A stretch of DNA of 64,000 nucleotides from assembly GCA_044222185.1 (NCBI GenBank), contig JBGANV010000014.1, positions 9,361 through 73,360 of the forward strand, written 5' to 3'. The notes beneath the pieces were generated by a model that was not told where the DNA came from, ran no database searches, and was given only the letters and a program-made list of their open reading frames with translations. A program made the position numbers and the translations under genes. The stretch comes from Planctomycetota bacterium. Lineage in GTDB: Bacteria; Planctomycetota; GCA-002687715; CAIWVZ01. Positions within the stretch are counted from its first letter, which is position 1. Each line of letters starts with the position of its first letter. Below, piece after piece: positions 57,966 to 64,000 of this stretch.

Positions 57966-60900
57966 TCACAGCGTCACCTGATCCCACGCCCACGTCACGT
58001 TCACGCCGAGCGGCTGGTTGGCGTCCAGGTAGATCACCTGGACGTTCACCGTGATGCCGAGCGGCGGGTTGGGCATCTGGATCTGCGGCGATTGGAACAC
58101 GCCGCCCCCATCCGACTGAGCGCCGTCCGGCGTGCCGAACATGCCGATGCCGTCGAAGAGCGGGAACCAGGAACTCGAACCCGCCACTTCGGTCACTCCG
58201 ATGACCCAGTTCGTGCCCGGGTCGGGGAATCCGCCGACCGGCGTCGGCGTGCCCGTGTCGATGATCATCGTGAGCGGCGAATTGCCCACGGGGAACTCGG
58301 CCCACGAAACGAACATGGCACCAGGCGCCGGTGCGAGGGGATGCGTGCGAATCATCCCCATGTTGCTTCCGCCATCGATGACCAGCGGATAACCGTTCGA
58401 CACTGCCGCCTCACCGTGCTGCGCGAAGAACGCGACGGCGCCCGTCTTCGTGAGCTGCGTGATCTGCGCCGGATCCACCGTGACGTCGATGTTGTTTTCG
58501 TCGATGTAGGTCACGGGAACCGGCACGCCGTTGGCAAACACCTGGGTGAACGGGCGGAAGTAGCTCCCGTACAGCCCGATGGTGACGGGGCCCGCGCTCG
58601 GCGCCATGGCCGGGATCTGCGACGGTGTCGTCCAGGCGATGCCGGGGGAGGCGAGAAGAATGTACGCGACCGCAGACTCGCCGCCGTCGGGCGCGGGATT
58701 GAACACGGTCACCGCGGCCGCGCCGGCGTAGAGGAACAGCGACGCGTCGATGTCCGCGACGAGATCCGTCGACGAGACGTAGGTCGTCGGGACGTCGACG
58801 GCGTTCCACCGCACGACGGCGCCGGGAACGAAGTCCGACCCGGTGACCGAGATCTGCGTCGTGGGGTCACCGACGACGAGGAGACTCGGTGTCATGACCG
58901 CGATGCTCGGGACCGGGTTGCCGATGCCGAATGGCAGCGTGGCGGACGACCCATATCCGGGCGTCGTCACGGACACGGACGCCGAACCGGCCGAGGTCAG
59001 GAGGGACGAGTCGACGTCCGCCGACAGCTCCGTCGAGCTGACGAACGTCGTCGTCAGAGGCGAGCCGTTCCACAGCACGACGGACGAGGCATCGAAGTCC
59101 GTGCCGTAGACGCTCATGGTGAACGAAGGGCTGTTCGCCGGCGCGCTCGCCGGCGAGATCGACGAGAGGATCGGCGGTTGGATCGTCGACTGCGTCGCCC
59201 ACGCCGAGACGTTGGCGAGCGTCGTCGATCCGCCGTTGTGACGGACGACGATGCAGTACCAGCCCGGTTGGGTTAGCGGCACGAGGATGGGCGCTCCACT
59301 GACAGTCTGGCCGTGGAGCATTGCCCCCGAACGCGACCGCCACGCCGAGGTCGAACCCGGAGCATGAAGGTCCCACTCGTATCCGGACGGTGCCTGCACG
59401 TGCAACTCGAAGTTGCCCGGCGCCGTCACCTGGAACTCGAACGCCAGCAGCATGTACGTGTACGAGTTCGTGGAGCCCGGGAACGCGCTGAACGTCGCCG
59501 TCGGCGCGAATTGCAGCTCGCCGGTCGATCCGGGGAACGCATAAGGCGACGTTGCACCGACGGTCGGCGTGATGGAGCCGGCGTGCCCGTTGGCGAGCAC
59601 GTAGTCGCACTGGTTGCTGCCGTACTGCGAGACGGCCGGGCCGATCTGGATGTCCCAGTCGCTCGGCGAAGAGACGCCGACGACGTTCCACCGGTTCGCC
59701 ATGGCGTTGACGTTGAACGGCTGGAACGAGTACGGGCCCTGGAACACTTGCGTGATCGAGTTCGACGAGAAGAGCTGCACGGGCGTGAAGTCGAAGCCCA
59801 TCAGCGCCGTCATGTCCACCGTGCTGGCGACCGGTCCACCGTTGCTGTAGACGACGAGGACGTAATTCGTGGAGACGATTCCGATCCCCGCCACCGGCGG
59901 TCCGCCCACGTCACCCTGCGCGACGACGTACGAGCCCGTCGACGAGCGCCAGCCGAACGTGTTGCCCTGCCAGAGGAGCTTCCAGCGAAGGCCCGGAGGT
60001 CCCGCGACCTGGAGTGTTCGCGTGCTCACGGCATTGGCGCTGATGTGCAGCGCGGTGACGATCGAGCCCGCCGGCATGCTGAAGATCGTCGGCTGGCCGT
60101 TGTTCAGCGGCGTCGACCGCACGTATTGGAGCGTCGCCGGCGTGTTGCCCGAGTAGTGCGTGATGTTGCCGACGTTCGGCGTCACGGTGCCGTTGCCGAA
60201 GAAGCCGCTGCCCACCACGAAGTCGCAGGTGTTGCCGCCCGCCGCTGCGCTGGCGCCGCCCATCGTGATGTCCCAGTCGGTCGTCGACGAAACGGCGCAG
60301 ACGTTGAATTGCGAGTAGCTCGGCGGGCCGATGGAGAATGCCTGGCAGCCGTTGGTCGTCGTCGTGGCGACGCCGGGCGTGAGCACCGTTGTGCTGGAGC
60401 CGCAGTTCACCGTCAGCTGCTGCGTGAAGAGTGCCGCGCCGCCGCCCGGGGCCGGGTTGATGACCGAGATCGTCACGGTCTGGGGCTGCGAGATCAAAGA
60501 GGGCGGGATCTGCGCCTGCACCTGCGTGGGGCTGACGAACGTCGTGGGAATGATGGTTCCGTTCCAGGTGATCTTCGTCCCCTGGACGCCGTATCCGTTC
60601 GGCGAGCCCTCGAAGAACCGGGCGCCGTAGACGTTCAGCGTGAACCCAGGCGAACTCGTCTGCACGGTCGTCGGTGAGATGAAGTTGATGTCGGGGAAGA
60701 TGGGCGCCAGGTACCGCGCCTGGATCGCGTATCCGTCCGCTGCGGTCATGTAGGTGCGCTGCCCGATCTGGCCCTGGAACTGCGAGTACCCGGGGAGACA
60801 GTTGATCGTGTTCTGCCCGTTCGACGAAAACGCCGTGGGCCCGTAGTGCATGATCGAGAGGAAGTCGTAACCAGACGTGTAGGTCACCTGGTTCGCGTTG

Positions 60901-61427
60901 ATCAACGTGAAGTTGTGTTGCAGGTTTCCCGGGACGTTGTTCAGGTTGATGGCGACGAAGTTGTCGCGATCGGGGCGCTGATGCTCGTGGATGTAGCCGA
61001 GCGCGTGCATCAGCTCGTGCACGATCACGTACTTGGTGCCCCAGCTCGTGATCTTCACGGTCTGCATGCCGCCGATCTTGCCGACGGGGGATTGGTTCAC
61101 CGTGTCCGCCTGGAACTCGATCCAGTCCGCGTGGTTCGTCCGCGGGATGAAACTCACGAACGCGACACCGGCGATGTCCTGCATGGCCTTCAGCGCCTGC
61201 GCCTGCTGGGTCGCATTGACGTTGGCGTTGAAGGTGTAGGGAACGATGCCGCCCGGCCACACGGTGGCCGTGAAGGCTCCATCGCTCGCGAGCGCCGAGA
61301 TCGGGAGGAGCATGTCGTCCATGAGGACGAAGCCCTCAGGGACTTCGGAGGGGTCCTGGGCGATGGCCGGTGCGCTCATCACCAGGGTGGAAAAAACGAG
61401 GAACCACGCGCCAACGAGGCGATTCAT
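57966..61427 (-). CDS. Secreted astacin-family (M12A) zinc metallopeptidase with WNVV modules, IPT/TIG domains and type I C-terminal domain
   Basis: WPGGIVPY, HELMHALGYIHEHQRPDRD and Met-turn SIMHY; signal ending AIA-Q; ends NPPLGITVNVQVIYLDANQPLGVNVTWAWDQVTL. Confidence 0.92.
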   Translation of the reverse strand: MNRLVGAWFLVFSTLVMSAPAIAQDPSEVPEGFVLMDDMLLPISALASDGAFTATVWPGGIVPYTFNANVNATQQAQALKAMQDIAGVAFVSFIPRTNHADWIEFQADTVNQSPVGKIGGMQTVKITSWGTKYVIVHELMHALGYIHEHQRPDRDNFVAINLNNVPGNLQHNFTLINANQVTYTSGYDFLSIMHYGPTAFSSNGQNTINCLPGYSQFQGQIGQRTYMTAADGYAIQARYLAPIFPDINFISPTTVQTSSPGFTLNVYGARFFEGSPNGYGVQGTKITWNGTIIPTTFVSPTQVQAQIPPSLISQPQTVTISVINPAPGGGAALFTQQLTVNCGSSTTVLTPGVATTTTNGCQAFSIGPPSYSQFNVCAVSSTTDWDITMGGASAAAGGNTCDFVVGSGFFGNGTVTPNVGNITHYSGNTPATLQYVRSTPLNNGQPTIFSMPAGSIVTALHISANAVSTRTLQVAGPPGLRWKLLWQGNTFGWRSSTGSYVVAQGDVGGPPVAGIGIVSTNYVLVVYSNGGPVASTVDMTALMGFDFTPVQLFSSNSITQVFQGPYSFQPFNVNAMANRWNVVGVSSPSDWDIQIGPAVSQYGSNQCDYVLANGHAGSITPTVGATSPYAFPGSTGELQFAPTATFSAFPGSTNSYTYMLLAFEFQVTAPGNFELHVQAPSGYEWDLHAPGSTSAWRSRSGAMLHGQTVSGAPILVPLTQPGWYCIVVRHNGGSTTLANVSAWATQSTIQPPILSSISPASAPANSPSFTMSVYGTDFDASSVVLWNGSPLTTTFVSSTELSADVDSSLLTSAGSASVSVTTPGYGSSATLPFGIGNPVPSIAVMTPSLLVVGDPTTQISVTGSDFVPGAVVRWNAVDVPTTYVSSTDLVADIDASLFLYAGAAAVTVFNPAPDGGESAVAYILLASPGIAWTTPSQIPAMAPSAGPVTIGLYGSYFRPFTQVFANGVPVPVTYIDENNIDVTVDPAQITQLTKTGAVAFFAQHGEAAVSNGYPLVIDGGSNMGMIRTHPLAPAPGAMFVSWAEFPVGNSPLTMIIDTGTPTPVGGFPDPGTNWVIGVTEVAGSSSWFPLFDGIGMFGTPDGAQSDGGGVFQSPQIQMPNPPLGITVNVQVIYLDANQPLGVNVTWAWDQVTL

Positions 61428-61751
61428 GGGATTCTCCAGACAGATTCGGATGGAATGCCGCAGAGGCGCCGGGAGAAACATCTCGCAGCAGGCCACGGCG
61501 AATACTCTCCAGGTTCCGATGAAGCCCGCCGATAACGGCCGCGCCGGGAGAAAACCGCGGCGTCCGGCAATCCGAAGAAGCCGGGGGCCTCGGCCGATTG
61601 CCCGTCAGTTCACCGCCGCCATGGGGTCGATGAGACCTGCGGTGTGCCCTGGGCCCCTTAGGTTCGGCTCAACCCGTTGCGTGGTCGGGTGTTGCCACGG
61701 AGCGTGCTGCCGGCGGCGCAACTCGACTCGAATTCCGAAGAGATCCTCACC

Positions 61752-62022
61752 ATGCGAAAGACGATCACCTGGGCCGTGATCCTGGCGACGCTCGGCGCGT
61801 ACCTGTATGTGCGCCTCGTCGTTCTTGGACCGCCGCTGGAACCTGGAAAGCCGGCGCCGGAGATCACGGGCGAAGACCTGGACGGCGTTCCCATGAAGCT
61901 GTCGGACTTCCGCGGAAAGGTGGTCGTCCTCGATTTCTGGGGGAACTGGTGACCGCCCTGCCGGGCCATGTACCCGCACGAGCGGTCGCTCGTGGAACGA
62001 ATGGCGGATCGGCCCTTCGTCC
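61752..62022 (+). pseudogene. Selenocysteine-containing TlpA/redoxin (thioredoxin fold, UxxC), 3'-interrupted by an IS
   Basis: GKPAPEITGEDLDG..KLSDFRGKVVVLDFWGNW-TGA(61950)-PPCRAMYPHERSLVERMADRPFV: homology continues past the TGA and breaks at the IS end near 62023. Confidence 0.85.
61953..61985 (+). promoter_or_regulatory. Putative bacterial SECIS hairpin
   Basis: Immediately 3' of UGA: lower stem ccgc/gcgg, upper stem tg-cggg/cccg-ca, apical loop containing G (ccatgta) about 13-20 nt after the UGA. Confidence 0.6.
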
Positions 62023-62235
62023 CGGCAAGTGTCAAGGTAGTTGCTGCCCAATGGGTCGTGTCTGACCCGCAAGGCGCCGCGCCTACGGCGCGGCCATGAT
62101 CGACCTCGGCAGAGGCCGATGACGGCGCGAACGACCAGCGGGGTCGCCGGTCGACTTCCCAGGAGGCGCCCAGTTCGACCCGAGCCGACTGGCAGCGCCT
62201 GGGACGTTCCGGTCGCGTTGACCTCGAAGCGAGCC

Positions 62236-63344
62236 TCATGCGTTCTGTCTCGCTCTCGGCTCGGGCTCTGGATTGAGCGTCACGGCTTCGATCTGCGACC
62301 AGTTTCTCGTGTCGCCCGTCCAGCGCTCAGGGCGCATGGCGCGCGCCTTCTCGTAGACGCAGCTGCGCCCCTCGAGCAAGGACGCTTCGCGACCGCTATG
62401 GCGTTCCTCTGGCGTGACGAAGCGGATGCCGCTGTGTCGATGCTCGGTGTTGTACGCTGTGTCGATGCTCGGTGTTGTACCAGCGTGTGAACGTCACCAT
62501 CCACGAACGCGCGTGTGCGACCGACGGGAAGGGCCCGCTGGGGAACTCCGGCCGGTACTTGAGCGTGCAGAACAGCGACTCCGAGAAGGGATTGTCGTTG
62601 CTCACGCTCGGGCGACTGAACGACGTCGCCACGCCGAGCGACTGCAGCGTGGCGAGCAACGTCGCGCCCCTCATCGGACTGCCGTTGTCCGAGTGGATGA
62701 CGAGATCGCCGCGCGAGACCCCTTCACGGGCACACGCCGCCGCAATGAAGCACGAGGAGTGAGCGGTGTCTTCCGACTCCTCGATCACCCATCCGACGAT
62801 CTTTCGACTCCACACGTCGATCGCGACGTAGAGGTAGAAAAAGACGCCCTTTATAGGGGACCGCAGGTAGGTGATGTCCCAGCTCCAGACCTGGTTCTTG
62901 GCTGTCGCCCGAAGCTCGCGTGGTCGCTTCCGTGTCGTTGGCGCCCGCGAGGCCCCTCGGTGATGCTGCATCCCTTCCGAGCGCAGGATCCGGTAGATCG
63001 TGGACTCAGAAGCAACGTAAATCTCTCGATCGGCGAGCCTCGGAACGATCTGGCTTGGCGGGAGGTCGCGGAACTCCGGCGACGTCACGAGGGTGCGGAC
63101 CTCCTGCCGCTCTGCCGCAGTGAGCTTGTTCTTCGGTGGTTGCTTGGGCCCCGTGCGGCGATCGGTGCCACTGGGCTGCTTGCGCCAGTGCTGGATGGTC
63201 GTTTCGCTGATGTCCAAGATCTTGCATGCCTCGGCCTGGCTCGCTCCACCAGCCACAGCATCCGCGAGGAGGTTCATGATCATGGATCGCTCTTCGGCTG
63301 GGTGGGCTCGTCCGCGTCCCCCCAGATTTCGCAGACTTTTTTTT
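62236..63344 (-). pseudogene. IS3 OrfB DDE transposase, frameshifted near its 3' end by a 25-bp duplication
   Basis: VWSWDITYL, IDVWSRKIVGW, HSDNG, SRPSVSNDNPFSES and WYN.EHRHS. The native tail GIRFVTPEERH...RPERWTG.TRNW (stop at 62236) is out of frame. Confidence 0.85.
62431..62480. repeat. Perfect 25-bp tandem duplication inside orfB
   Basis: gctgtgtcgatgctcggtgttgtac at 62431-62455 and 62456-62480. Confidence 0.95.
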
Positions 63345-63813
63345 GGAGGTCGAGCAGAGCCTCGACGGCTCGCAGCCGCTTCTCCTTCTTCGCCAGATCC
63401 GTCTCGAGTTCCTTGATCCGGCGTGCGGCTGTAGCGGCGGCCTTCGTCGAGGAGCGCGTGCCGTCCAAGCCATCTGAGGCGGCTGCCGTCACGATCGTGC
63501 GCCAGGCATTGAGGTCCGCCTCGTGAACGCCTCTGCGGCGCAAGAACTCGCCGAGCTCGACTTGAGGGATCGACGATGCCTCCATGACGACTTGCAGCTT
63601 CTCCGCAGCACTCCACCGCTTCGGACTCATGGGGCTCTCGCGCTGCTCGTCGTTGTGGGTTCCCATGGGAGGGAGCCTATTCGCCAACTGAACCCAGTGC
63701 CTCAACGTACTTCGGGCGATTCCCAGTTCCTCGTGGAGGGCCGTGATCTTCGCTCCCTCGGGCCCGAAGATCCGCTGGAGAATCCGTTCCTTGAAGCCTT
63801 CGCTGTGAATCAC
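63280..63813 (-). CDS. IS3 OrfA (HTH, leucine-zipper-like), joined to OrfB by a -1 frameshift at A8 (63337-63344)
   Basis: HSEGFKERIL...LGIARSTLRHW, WSAAEKL, LGEFLRRRGVH and IKELETDLAKKEK; slippery AAAAAAAAG; GTG start after GAAGGAG. Confidence 0.88.
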   Translation of the reverse strand: MIHSEGFKERILQRIFGPEGAKITALHEELGIARSTLRHWVQLANRLPPMGTHNDEQRESPMSPKRWSAAEKLQVVMEASSIPQVELGEFLRRRGVHEADLNAWRTIVTAAASDGLDGTRSSTKAAATAARRIKELETDLAKKEKRLRAVEALLDLQKKVCEIWGDADEPTQPKSDP

Positions 63814-64000
63814 CCAGAGCTCTCCTTCGCCCCCGGATCCGTGATCTCCTTGCGGAGAAGATTTTTTTGCCCCCCCGCGGGGGGGCAAACGAGCACGCCT
63901 TGAGGGCGTGCTCGAGCAGGGCCGCGCCCTGCCCGGCTCGGAGCCGGGCAGGGAACCCCGCGGCCCTCGACCGAGGCGGCAACTACCCTGACACTGGGGG

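Larger units (their letters stand above)
62023..64000 (-). mobile_element. IS3-family insertion sequence (right boundary at or near the window end)
   Basis: Terminal IR cores agtgtcaaggtagttgctgcc (62028-62048) and ggcggcaactaccctgacact (63975-63995) match at 19/21; orfA/orfB organisation. Confidence 0.9.

Overview
Very GC-rich bacterial DNA whose gene content (ECF sigma factor fused to a membrane-anchored carboxypeptidase-regulatory-like extension, Ser/Thr kinase-FGE/SUMF1 fusion, many large secreted repeat proteins) suggests Planctomycetota; the taxonomy is inferred, not shown. Housekeeping and metabolic genes: alaS, a HAD-Nudix/folB/pteridine-reductase operon, cysD-cysNC, a vanadium haloperoxidase, a rhomboid protease and CsbD. 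Most of the window encodes secreted proteins that share two recurring terminal domains and almost always have Gln right after the predicted signal peptide, which hints at an undescribed surface-protein sorting system. Other highlights: two tandem trypsin-like paralogues with all three catalytic residues replaced identically (H>S, D>N, S>E), an astacin protease on the same modular scaffold, a TIR-NB-ARC-TPR NLR-like gene, a dispersed palindromic repeat flanking a transglutaminase-porin pair, and a UGA/SECIS selenoprotein redoxin interrupted by an IS3-family element whose transposase carries a 25-bp frameshifting duplication. No rRNA, tRNA or CRISPR array was recognised. All family assignments come from motif recognition by eye, not database searches.
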